A DNA stretch of 64,000 nucleotides from Ignavibacteriota bacterium (GTDB lineage Bacteria; Bacteroidota; Ignavibacteria; UBA10030; CAVZMI01), in NCBI GenBank assembly GCA_963776275.1, contig CAVZMI010000021.1, forward strand, positions 128,001 to 192,000, in the 5' to 3' direction. Within the stretch, counting starts at the first letter, position 1. Each line of letters begins with the position of its first letter. Under the pieces are notes generated by a model. It ran no database searches. It saw only the letters and a list, made by a program, of their open reading frames with translations, and was not told the DNA's origin. Made by a program: the position numbers and the translations under genes. Positions 54,373-64,000 of the stretch are shown here, piece by piece.

Positions 54373-56120
54373 ATGGACTCCCGGCAATCTCTTCGGAGTC
54401 TCGGCATGATATTGATTGCATCTCTTTTCATCACCCAATCGTATGCACAACATCAATCGAAGACAACTAAGGATGATGACAGTACCAGCGCTGTTGAAAA
54501 AAGAATTAATGCTCTTGTAGAAAAAATTCTTTCATCCATTGACAATGAAATGCAGATGACATTTGGTCACCCGGTGCTGCGCGAGCCACTTCCTGAAGGC
54601 CAATCTGCAGATTCCTCTGACTCAAGTGCATTACATGATGAGTTCATCATAAACGGGACAGATAGCACAATCACTTTCAACGGTGATAATAACATTGGAA
54701 TCAATGACACGATACGCGGATTTGTGGTTGTCCGCAACGGATCCCTGACTGTAAATGGCGTTGTCGAAGGAGATGTCATAGTTTATGAGGGCAACATAAT
54801 TGTAAACCGCAGCGGGATAATCACAGGGGATGCCACTGCCGTGCATGGAACGATCACAAAAAACGATGGAGGCGCTGTCGGCGGAGTCATGTATGAAACT
54901 ACAGAAGCACCCGACCATTATAGAGCACACAGTAGCTTACTAGGTCACCGATATTATTACACCGGCAGAGACCGCTATGCTATTCATCATCATGGACCCA
55001 CAGTCCCTCAATTTTCCCTTAACTGGCTGACAAATTCTGTTTCAAACTTCGATCCTTTCATTATTCGTTATAATCGTGTCGACGGGCTGTTCCTTGGTTT
55101 AGGAAGACCGGAGGTCAAGCCCTGGGAAGCGAGAAGAAATTTTGCATTGTACGGATCTCTTGGATACGGATTTGCTATTCATCGTTGGCAATACAATCTT
55201 GGATGGGATTTATTCGCCGGACCCGAGACTGTATGGAGGCAGGTATTGAATATCACGATATCACCGATACTCGTGATTCATGGATCATGAATCGAAATGA
55301 AAATAGCGCCGCCGCCTTTTTCATCCATGAAGATTTCTTTGATTATTACGGACGTCGTGGGTTCAACATTCATGGCTCGTTATATCCGACACATCATCTT
55401 CGCGCACGTTTTGATTACCTCGTTGACGATTATGAATCACTGCCGTGGAAAACCGATTGGTCATTATTCGGCGGGAATAAGCATTTCAGACCCAATCCCC
55501 CTATCTTCGACGGATTGATGCGAAGCGTTGTCATGAGTCTTGACTATAGTACAATTGATCGTACATGGTGGCAACGGTCCGGCTGGAATATTCATGCAAG
55601 CGCCGAGTATGCAGGAGATAATCTCGGCGGAGATTTTTCATTCCACCGTTATCTGCTCGACATCAGAAGGTATGAGCCTATCGGCAATTTCTCAAAGCTC
55701 AGCACTCGGTTGCGGGTTGGCAGCAGCCATGGAACACTTCCTTATCAAAAAATATTCGAATTCGGAGGAATCGGAACACTCCCCGCCTATCCCTACAAGG
55801 AATTCTTCGGTAACCGGATGGTACTTGTAAATTTTGAATATCTTATCCATGGAAGCGCATTAGACAATTCTGATTTCTGGCCGTTAGAGATTCTCAGTCC
55901 GTTCAGTCTGGTGCTCTTTCTTGATGCAGGGTGGGCCGATTACGTTCCGGCACGTCTATCATATTCCGATGGATTTAATACGCTTACCTGGAATACTCTC
56001 AAGAGCGACGCTGGATTTGGAATCGGATCGCGCGATGGCACACTCCGCATCGCATGGGCATGGAGGACGGATCAACGGAGTTCACCGGTATTCTTTTTTA
56101 GGGTAAGCAGACCATTTTGA
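54373..56120 (+). CDS. Outer-membrane protein: bactofilin-like beta-helix plus BamA/TamA-like barrel; frameshift near 55215-55235
   Basis: Signal peptide; V.GDV.V..G.I repeats; RYNRVDGLFLG; second ORF has FGGIGTLPAY...F.GNRM and ends in RPF. Confidence 0.75.
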
Positions 56121-56133
56121 GGGAACGTCAGCG

Positions 56134-57066
56134 TTATTTTTTTCGAATGACATACTCCACCCTGTCGGGTTTCGATGTCACGAGTGCGAGTCCTGCCGGT
56201 ACACTGATTTCAGGACGAATCGAGCCGGATGTGTCGAGAAGAATTGAATGATAATGAATGGAAGCAGAAATTTCGTCGGCCTGGACTGATGCCAATTGAG
56301 ATATTCCACCGCGGACAACGACATCAATTGATGGAGGAAAAAGAATAACCTGCCGATTGAAGGGAACCGCCGCAACATCAATAGGGATTCGCGGGAGAGT
56401 TTTTTCGGCAAACGGCTGGACGTCAAAACTTACCATCACCGTTGATTGTGAGAGAGTAAGAGGAACTTCGAGCGTGTCGCTGAGAGCTACCTGTTGGCGT
56501 AGCGGCATGTGGAGATCAGAAAGGACGATCTTTTTCGTTGCCCACCCCATAATTGTATCAAGAACACTCCTTGCACCGGCGATCGTGATACTATCCGGCT
56601 GAATATCGATCTTTCCCACCTGAATGTATCCTTCACGGAAGTGTACGTCACAGGAAGGTTGGACGGGTATCTTTTTCTGCGCCGCAACATCAAGCGTAAT
56701 TGTCAGCAATTCCGGGTAGATATCCACCACTTCAATATCCGATGGAAGAGCGACCGCTTTTAGAAGTATCTTTTGTAGTGACACCGTTATTTCTCGGTTC
56801 ACCGATGATAGGTCAATCGTGCATTCGGGTGGTTTGGCGATCTTCATCATTGCAATCCTCCATCCGCTCCCGTGAACCCTTAAAAGGACTGTTTGAGGCA
56901 ATGGGGATTGTATTGCAAATCCCGGCCGGATATTTTGAATAGCAAGAGGAATACTGAACGTTTCGAGATATTCAAAGCGTAGCGTTACAAATCCCCACAT
57001 TATGAGAGCAAAAAAAAGTGAGAGGGCCACAAGAGAGACGCGAGCTATGGAGAATAATCGAGACAT
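56134..57066 (-). CDS. CdaR/YbbR-like domain protein
   Basis: N-terminal TM, V.LRV.G.G and PDSITIAG repeats; TTGACA-N17-TATATT promoter at 57091-57119. Confidence 0.8.
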   Translation of the reverse strand: MSRLFSIARVSLVALSLFFALIMWGFVTLRFEYLETFSIPLAIQNIRPGFAIQSPLPQTVLLRVHGSGWRIAMMKIAKPPECTIDLSSVNREITVSLQKILLKAVALPSDIEVVDIYPELLTITLDVAAQKKIPVQPSCDVHFREGYIQVGKIDIQPDSITIAGARSVLDTIMGWATKKIVLSDLHMPLRQQVALSDTLEVPLTLSQSTVMVSFDVQPFAEKTLPRIPIDVAAVPFNRQVILFPPSIDVVVRGGISQLASVQADEISASIHYHSILLDTSGSIRPEISVPAGLALVTSKPDRVEYVIRKK

Positions 57067-57140
57067 TTATAAGTGATCGGTTATTGCATCAATATAGAGA
57101 AGCCCTGAGAGAATGTCAATCGCTTCTCCGCTGAAACGAA

Positions 57141-57515
57141 TTATTGCGAAGCAAGAAAAATCCCGAGTGCAATAAGTGCGATGCCGGTTCATCTCATGAA
57201 TGTCATTGTCTCACCAAAGAGAAATTGTGCGAAGAATGCGATACAAAAAAAGGCAAGTGCGTTGGCAATCGGGAATACCACACTCAGGTTGCTTCGTGAA
57301 ACGACAACCATCCATGTTCCCATGCTAATAATGGCACAAACAATCCCTCCAATCAATAGTGGATTGGTGAAAACCGACACAAGACTTTCCCACGGCCGGG
57401 TAATATCAATCATAAATGTATGATGCTTCGTTCCGAATTTAAGAAGGAATTGACTTGTGACGTTGGAGGCGACGCAAATGAGAAACTCTACCATTGTTAT
57501 CGGCGTAGTCTTCAT
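57141..57515 (-). CDS. SMR/EamA-like small membrane transporter (ArnE/F-like) with an in-frame TGA at 57189-57191
   Basis: SQFLLKFG...LSVVFP...LFGE; the frame continues past TGA as TGIALIALGIFLASQ*, which would supply the fourth TM. Confidence 0.78.
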
Positions 57516-57565
57516 AATCTCTCCCTATAGAAATTTCTCTATTGTTCCGACATACGAGATAATAA

Positions 57566-58558
57566 TCACCAGTAGTGATTTTTATATTGCCGGTAAAATG
57601 CGATTGTTTTTTCCAATCCAATTTCGAGTTCAACCGATGGTTTCCAGCCTGTCACGGCCGAGAGTATAGAACCATCAGCAATATAGTCACCGATCTCGAC
57701 CCGTTTGTATTCTTCCGGAAAAGGAACAGCGCATACCGAGCCGCTGCCCGCGAGCCGTATTACTGTTTCGGCAATATTTTTTAATGACGAAGCGTTACCT
57801 CCGACATTATAGACACCGCCGATCGTTTCCGGTTGCATGGTAACGGCTAGGAACACTGAGACAAGGTCGTCTATATACGTTGCGTCACGTATTTGAGTGC
57901 CTCCGCCAAAGAGTTTGATCGTTTCATTGTCAAGCGCCTGTCGGACAAACCAGTTAATGATTCCCTGTCGGGAGTGCCTCATCTGGTGCCGCGGCCCATA
58001 GGTATTTGTCAGCCGTAACGTTGTTGTCCGCAGACCGTGAAGAGTATAATAGAGCGAATGATACCATTCCGCGGCCACATTATGAATTCCATTGATATCA
58101 ATCGGATGCAACGGATCGTCTTCTTTTACCGGAAGCGCTGCAGGTCGGCCATATTCACCCCGGGTTCCGGCAAAGAGAATTCTAGCTGTCGGATTACATT
58201 TTCTGCATGCTTCGAGAAGACTTAACTGCGCCCTGCAATTGATGTCAAGATCTGTAAAAGGATCCGAGATGCTATCTATATGACTCAGTGTTCCGGCCAG
58301 GTTAAACACTATATCCTGACCGGCCACTGCTTTCTCTATCAATTCCTGATCTCGTTGATCACCAATGATGATTGTGAGTGAATTATCGATACCATCGATA
58401 TTGAATCGATTACCACCGTATCCGACAAGAAGTGCATCCAATAGTGTTACGTTCGCATGAGCCCTGACGAGAGCCTGTGCAAGAGAACTTCCAATAAAAC
58501 CGAGTCCTCCCGTGATCAACACCCGGCGATTGGCATAGTATGTATCGATTGAGACCAT
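57566..58558 (-). CDS. NAD-dependent epimerase/dehydratase
   Basis: ITGGLGFIGS, FNLAG, LRLTNTYGPR, QIRD..YIDD. Confidence 0.92.
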   Translation of the reverse strand: MVSIDTYYANRRVLITGGLGFIGSSLAQALVRAHANVTLLDALLVGYGGNRFNIDGIDNSLTIIIGDQRDQELIEKAVAGQDIVFNLAGTLSHIDSISDPFTDLDINCRAQLSLLEACRKCNPTARILFAGTRGEYGRPAALPVKEDDPLHPIDINGIHNVAAEWYHSLYYTLHGLRTTTLRLTNTYGPRHQMRHSRQGIINWFVRQALDNETIKLFGGGTQIRDATYIDDLVSVFLAVTMQPETIGGVYNVGGNASSLKNIAETVIRLAGSGSVCAVPFPEEYKRVEIGDYIADGSILSAVTGWKPSVELEIGLEKTIAFYRQYKNHYW

Positions 58559-59283
58559 TATACGGTCGTTTCCTGTTGAAAGAGACGCAGATTAACCCAG
58601 AGATGGACCAGCTGGAACATAGCACGGAAAATTCGTCTGAATTGGAACATCGTTGATTTTCCGTACGAACGAAAATAATGATGAACTCCCACCTCGACAA
58701 ACCGGGCTCCTGCATCCTCAAGCTTAGCAATCATTTCCACACACACAACACCGCTCGTATGTCTGAGTGGAATCTTAGAAATCATTGAACGGCGCACTAA
58801 CCGAAAATCACAATCAACATCGCGGATTATCAATCCAAATGCGATTTTCACAATAGTTTGATAGAGCCACCCAATAATAATTCTATGAAAAGGATCATGA
58901 CGCTTAATTTTATATCCATTGACAATATCAACCGTATCCGAGATCCGGTTTACAAGAAGCGACAGTTCATTCACATCGTACTGTCCATCCCCATCAGTAT
59001 AGAACACCCATTCCTTTGTCGCTGCGGCAAATCCCGCACGGAGTGTAGCACCATATCCCTTATTCTTTTCATGATGAATAAGCCGGAGTGCCGTATAGCG
59101 CCGATGTAATTCCTGCACGATATCCCAGCTCCCGTCTTCACTTCCATCATCGATGACAATAATCTCGTAATCGTCGGTGAGCGTGTGAGCGAGGGCATCT
59201 GCTTTGACGACCATCGATGCAATAGTCCCTGCATCATTATAACAGGGGAAAAAAATCGAGAGTGAAAGCGGCTCAGGTTTCAT
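58558..59283 (-). CDS. GT2 polyprenyl-phosphate glycosyltransferase (ArnC/GtrB-like)
   Basis: FFPCYND, IDDGSEDGS, NKGYG, YTDGDGQYD, DVDCDFRL. Confidence 0.9.
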   Translation of the reverse strand: MKPEPLSLSIFFPCYNDAGTIASMVVKADALAHTLTDDYEIIVIDDGSEDGSWDIVQELHRRYTALRLIHHEKNKGYGATLRAGFAAATKEWVFYTDGDGQYDVNELSLLVNRISDTVDIVNGYKIKRHDPFHRIIIGWLYQTIVKIAFGLIIRDVDCDFRLVRRSMISKIPLRHTSGVVCVEMIAKLEDAGARFVEVGVHHYFRSYGKSTMFQFRRIFRAMFQLVHLWVNLRLFQQETTV

Positions 59284-61789
59284 GAGACTTAATTATCGGT
59301 TTTTCCCCTTTTTTAATTTTCTGATTTTGGATATATCCCCCGCCGAGAACGCACAGGAGTACTGCTGTCCACGCTGCAAGACTGATCGCATAACCGGCCG
59401 AATACATTTTAGATTCATACTTCATTAGAACCGTATGCTCACCCGCCGGTACAACAATCGATCGCAGTATGTAATTTGTTTTATATACCCGGACTTCGTT
59501 ACCATCGATAAAAGCTTTCCAATCCGGATAATAAACTTCACTGAATACCAATAGTGCGGGGGTATGTGTAAAAACTCGATACGATTTCTCCTGCGAATGT
59601 ACTGCAATAGGTATAATCGATGTGCTGTCAGAACGGCCTGGCTGGACTTCGGGTTCTTTTTCAAGAATCGCCTGCTTTGCCGGATTGAATAATTTACTGT
59701 TCAGTGTCCGGAAAAGATCCGATTTCTCCTTTATCACTATGGCGGTATCGACAAAAAAGATTCTCGGGAGTACGCCGGGATTCTTATATGTAAGTACTCT
59801 CTTCACCTGATCAACATTGACCAGCTGAAAATACTCATCGGGTAATCGTCTTGGCGCGATCAAATATTTCACATTCAACATATTGACAACATTCATATTA
59901 AGCGGAAAATTCGGATCCCATCCGCGATACAGCGCCGAGTCGAGCATCTCCTGATAGATGCTCAGTTTCGCGGGACTGTAGCCACCGATGGATTCTACAC
60001 GATGATACATCCATGTATTATCGTTGAATAATTGCATTAACGGGAATACTCGATATTCTTCAGCATCCTTTTTTAAAAAGGTCACCGTTGCGTCCGGAAG
60101 AAACCTGTTTTCAACATCTGTCGCAGTTTGTGGATTGATATAATTTGCATCAATGAGAAAAATATCGACTACAAATGTTAAACCGAGGATTGCAACAAGA
60201 GCACCTTTCCCGATAGATTTAATGGAATACAGGAAGAGGGTTCCGAGCAGGATTGTCATAAAAACGGTGAATCGCACAATATCCTTCCAGAGCATCTCAA
60301 AGCGATATTGTTTGAGCTGTGAAATCTGTTGTTGAGTATATTGCTGGGGATCCGAGTCTTTTACAAACATTGAACCGGAAAGAGTTTGATAAAGACTATC
60401 TTTCATCAATGCAATAAGAATTGTTGCACCAATAATAATGCCAAGGGTTATGAGTATTCGCCGTTTAAACTTCGCAACATTAAATTTTGCATCTTTTTCA
60501 AAGATTGTCATTAAGAACGACACACCATAAGCTGAAAAGATAGCACCTATGAATGGAAGAAGCGATAGAATCATTGCCGGCGAGCGAAATTTGCTTAAGA
60601 ATGGCAGATAATGAAAAAGGATGTTGTAGAAAACTGAAAAATGCTTTCCGAACGACATAAGCAGAACAAGAACTGCCATGAGTGCACAGAACACCGTCAT
60701 CCGATTCCGACAATAGATGAGCGCGATAACAGATAAGAGAATTGGAAGCAGACCGAAATAATTTGTCGTTTCGGTGAACGGCATCCAGCCCCAATAATAC
60801 GGTGTTTGGTATCCGAAAAAGGCAGGGATCGTAAACGTGAGCATTTCGAGCGGATGGAATGACCAATCTGTCGCATATGCGAAGGTGAGCCCGCCTCCCG
60901 CTCCCGGCATTCCGGTTCCGCCACGCATTGAATAATGGGAATAATCATAGACCGATAAATACACAAACGCAGAAATGCAGAATCCGAGTATAATCCCGCC
61001 CCAGAACAATGCACTCTGGACGACTACTTTCCTGGGTTGCGACTTCACTTCGATGACGACTGAATATAACCAGTAGCATCCGATCACCATGAATACATAA
61101 TAGGCAATCTGGACATGGCCGGTCAGAAGAAGCGTTCCAACACCCGCCGCGAAAAGTCCGAAACTTAAAAATGACCGTTTTTCAAAGAGATACTGGGTTG
61201 CCAGTACTATCGCGGGCAGGTACATTAGTGCGAAGAGTTTCGATCCGTGACCGGCCTGAGCGAGACCGATCGCGACTGGATTAAACATGAACACCAACGC
61301 CCCGATCGTGGAGGCAACCGGCGTCTGTTTCAGCACCCGTAAGAGAACGTACATGCACACACCGCCGAAAAAATACGCCTGCACCATCTGCCCCGTCCAT
61401 GACATCGGCGCATATATAAAGAAAGGGAGGCCGAATAGTAACCTAATAATCCATCCAATATAATCCATCCCTTTATAATCCATCTTGAATGTAGGCACTC
61501 CAAGACTGGCGAATGCCGGCATGCCGCTGAAGGCATAGGGCATCCAGAGAATTGGTACTTTTTCGGTATCATGGAGTTGCGTCGCGGCCGTTTGCCAGCT
61601 TTGAGCGGCCGCAGTATCACCTTCGGTCGAGAATACGGTATTTTCAAAGACGATGCCGCGGAAGAGGATAAGGGTCAGGACGTAGAGTATCGCAATGGCG
61701 ATAATATCGGTTCTATGCCGTGAAAAAAATTGTGCGGATTTTTTTTGAGGATTTCGAGATTGCGTGGAGAGTTGCTGTTGTTTTTTCAT
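59273..61789 (-). CDS. YfhO family multi-pass membrane protein (GT-C fold)
   Basis: LWMPYAFSGMP, KFRSP, GGYSPAKL, NMLNVKY, SEVYYPDWKAFIDG...NYILR...VPAGEH. Confidence 0.88.
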   Translation of the reverse strand: MKKQQQLSTQSRNPQKKSAQFFSRHRTDIIAIAILYVLTLILFRGIVFENTVFSTEGDTAAAQSWQTAATQLHDTEKVPILWMPYAFSGMPAFASLGVPTFKMDYKGMDYIGWIIRLLFGLPFFIYAPMSWTGQMVQAYFFGGVCMYVLLRVLKQTPVASTIGALVFMFNPVAIGLAQAGHGSKLFALMYLPAIVLATQYLFEKRSFLSFGLFAAGVGTLLLTGHVQIAYYVFMVIGCYWLYSVVIEVKSQPRKVVVQSALFWGGIILGFCISAFVYLSVYDYSHYSMRGGTGMPGAGGGLTFAYATDWSFHPLEMLTFTIPAFFGYQTPYYWGWMPFTETTNYFGLLPILLSVIALIYCRNRMTVFCALMAVLVLLMSFGKHFSVFYNILFHYLPFLSKFRSPAMILSLLPFIGAIFSAYGVSFLMTIFEKDAKFNVAKFKRRILITLGIIIGATILIALMKDSLYQTLSGSMFVKDSDPQQYTQQQISQLKQYRFEMLWKDIVRFTVFMTILLGTLFLYSIKSIGKGALVAILGLTFVVDIFLIDANYINPQTATDVENRFLPDATVTFLKKDAEEYRVFPLMQLFNDNTWMYHRVESIGGYSPAKLSIYQEMLDSALYRGWDPNFPLNMNVVNMLNVKYLIAPRRLPDEYFQLVNVDQVKRVLTYKNPGVLPRIFFVDTAIVIKEKSDLFRTLNSKLFNPAKQAILEKEPEVQPGRSDSTSIIPIAVHSQEKSYRVFTHTPALLVFSEVYYPDWKAFIDGNEVRVYKTNYILRSIVVPAGEHTVLMKYESKMYSAGYAISLAAWTAVLLCVLGGGYIQNQKIKKGEKPIIKSHET

Positions 61790-62354
61790 AACGGTCCTTC
61801 TCTGATTCAAAGACTTTCTAAAGAAAGCATAAACTCCGCTAAAGTTCAACTTTTTTATTATCGTATGAAGTTTTCTATCAATTTCATAATTGTTGAAGTT
61901 TTCTCATTCCAATCATTTTCCAAGTGAAGGTTAATATCTTACGGATAAAGATTTTATCGTTTTTCTTTTTCTCTGAGTCTTAAATAGCAGCAAGACACTC
62001 ATCGGTAGAATAACCGCTCGTCACATATATCATAAGTGAAGGAACGGACATACAATGGGATTGAAGCATACTTTCCAAAACCGGGGGAAAAAATCTTGTG
62101 ACCTTCGAGATATTCATTCTTGGCAGAGATATCGAGATGTGCCGATCCTATAACAATTATATTCATCTATGGAAAGTTTTAATAAGGGTGAGTGAAAGCG
62201 ACGGCGCGGGAAAAAGGTCAAATTCAACTTCATTGTTGACAAGATATAATCGATACCCACATTGGTGTAAACGAATCGACAATATCAAATCATGATAATT
62301 TTTAAAGAGATTCTGCATGCTTCCATCTGCCTCTGCGGTGTTTTTGAATAACTT

Positions 62355-63229
62355 TTAATTTGGATGATTCACCATAATTCTTGCCAATTCAGTTATTGTC
62401 GTCGTAGCGAACCATCCTAAAGAATTAATTGTCGCTGGATTTGAAACCAATACCTGATACTCCGCCTTGAAGTCTCTCTTCTCCCTGACATAGTGTCGCC
62501 AATCCTTATTAATTAGCTTGAAACACTCATCAAGCCACCTCTCGATAGAATATGCATGCCCTGAGCCAATCGTCGCCTCATATACTTGGTTCTGCCCGAC
62601 GAGCGTCATAATTCCTTCAGCCACATTTTCAGCAAACGTCCATTCTTTCCTCACCGATATGTCGTCTATCTCGAGTATTTCTTTGCTTCCTTCTCCAATT
62701 CGTCGTGCCGTCAAAGCTATCTTCTGGCTCACAAATTTCTCTCCCCGCAGGGGACTTTCATGATGAAAAAGATAACCAATGTATGCCTGGATTCCCATTG
62801 CACGGAAGTATCGAGCCAGATACACTGAATAGTTCCTGCTGGCAACATACGCACTGCTGTGATCGAAGGGTCCTTCTCGGATATAGGCCCCCCTTTATTA
62901 ATAAACTGTAGTCCACTTCCTGCTATGAATACCTTACTGCCGGGAGACCATCGTTTGACTGATTCCAATATATTGATAGTACCGGTACCGATGGTGGAAT
63001 GGTTCTCATAAATCACGTCATGTTTGGTCGTCGATATCGAAGCGAGGTGAAATACCATAGCCGGATTGTGATTTCGAATTAGCTCATCCACAAATTCGGT
63101 GGAAGCAACATCACCGTGCAGCCAATCACCGCTCCGGTCGATCCCGATGACCTCTATCTGCCGCTTACGACAGAACTCAGATAGATAGTATCCATCCTGT
63201 CCATTGGCCCCAAATATTAACGCCTTCAC
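62355..63229 (-). CDS. GDP-mannose 4,6-dehydratase-like SDR; 1-nt deletion near 62869
   Basis: IFGANGQDGYYL, FHLA; after the shift ...SAYVASR..., LFHHESPLRGEKFVSQKI. Confidence 0.85.
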
Positions 63230-64000
63230 CGTCCGGGTACCTTTCCCTTTGAAACGATCTCTATCTTAGGAAGCGGGAATATCAGATTTGTCCCTCGTTC
63301 CAAGATTTCCCGTTCTCGCTCTATGAACTCATCCTTGAAATGCCACGGTAGCACAAGGTAGTAATCAGGATTCATCGCACGCGACTCGGTCTCACTAATA
63401 ATCGGAATATCCGTACCCAGGGTATGTGCACCATATTTGTCGGGATTCCTTTCGGCAGCATAGTCGATAATTTTGTTATCGATATTGCACCATTGCAGTA
63501 TGGTATTACCTTTGGTTGATGCACCGTAGATATGGATTTTTTTTCCTTCCATCTTGAGTTTCTTTAGTAAAGTAATTAATTCGTCCCGATGGACATTAAT
63601 TCTATCTTGGAAATTTTTATAGGGTTTATCGGTATCCAATTCGAGGTCGAACTCGTCATTGTGTATCGCCTTAATATTCTGCAGATATTGTTCACTCTTA
63701 TATTTGAAGTTTGTTGTGTGCGTTGCATAGCAGCGCAAACTCCCGCCATTGATATCATTTAGCGTTGCGTTAAAAACTTTCATGTCGCTCTGTTTTAGTA
63801 TATATTCGATCACTGCGAGGCTGTAGAATTCCAGATGCTCGTGGCAAATTGTATCGTATGAGGTCATTTTTAGCATCATGGGCATATAGGACATCTCGAA
63901 AATCCAGATGCCGTCCGGTGCAAGGATGTTTTTTATACCCTTAACAAACGCAACCGGATCTTCCAAATCATAGAACATTGCGATGGAAGTAATGATGTCC
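63226..64000 (-). CDS. NDP-hexose C-methyltransferase-like class I SAM methyltransferase; 5' end outside the window
   Basis: ITSIAMFYDLEDP, YDTICHEHLEFY, NGGSLR, YGASTKGNT, VLPWHF. Confidence 0.9.
   Translation of the reverse strand, partial: DIITSIAMFYDLEDPVAFVKGIKNILAPDGIWIFEMSYMPMMLKMTSYDTICHEHLEFYSLAVIEYILKQSDMKVFNATLNDINGGSLRCYATHTTNFKYKSEQYLQNIKAIHNDEFDLELDTDKPYKNFQDRINVHRDELITLLKKLKMEGKKIHIYGASTKGNTILQWCNIDNKIIDYAAERNPDKYGAHTLGTDIPIISETESRAMNPDYYLVLPWHFKDEFIEREREILERGTNLIFPLPKIEIVSKGKVPGR

Noticed and set aside
57189-57191. Selenocysteine or TGA recoding in the SMR transporter
   Set aside because: The context suits Trp (MRWTG), TGA is a normal stop in many neighbouring genes, and no SECIS is evident; a point error or nonsense mutation is simpler.
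61850-62354. Small ORF 62098-62295 in a 500-nt gap
   Set aside because: No recognisable motif or RBS, and it lies opposite to the local gene direction.

Overview
A gene-dense bacterial window, probably Ignavibacteria or a related Bacteroidota-Chlorobiota lineage (inferred from a T9SS type A sorting-domain protein, gene content and TTGNNN-N17-TANNNT promoters). Housekeeping content: a SAM-cycle operon (metK, ahcY, a short rho), typA, accA, nadC, pdxJ, and a TPP-riboswitch-controlled thiM-thiE-thiL-thiC-thiD operon. Glycan content: large surface-polysaccharide loci (wzx, wzy, wzz-like, SLBB exporter, wzi, rfbB, rfbC-like) and a YfhO/GT2/epimerase/SMR glycosylation operon. The best candidate for an undescribed system is an AT-richer three-gene cassette at 10.4-16.6 kb. 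It encodes a secreted protein ending in a lytic-transglycosylase-like domain, a secreted partner with seven 74-aa repeats, and a small protein that alone carries a T9SS sorting domain. I read it as a possible toxin/immunity/carrier module (inference). Other notable items: a nested array of CTAG-jointed mini-palindromes (53.9-54.2 kb), a four-helix-bundle gene bracketed by inverted heptamer repeats, twin ECF-type promoters, a JUMPstart/ops-like leader and a candidate sRNA. Seven genes carry apparent single-base frameshifts and one has a premature stop, most likely consensus errors. No rRNA, tRNA or CRISPR array was seen.
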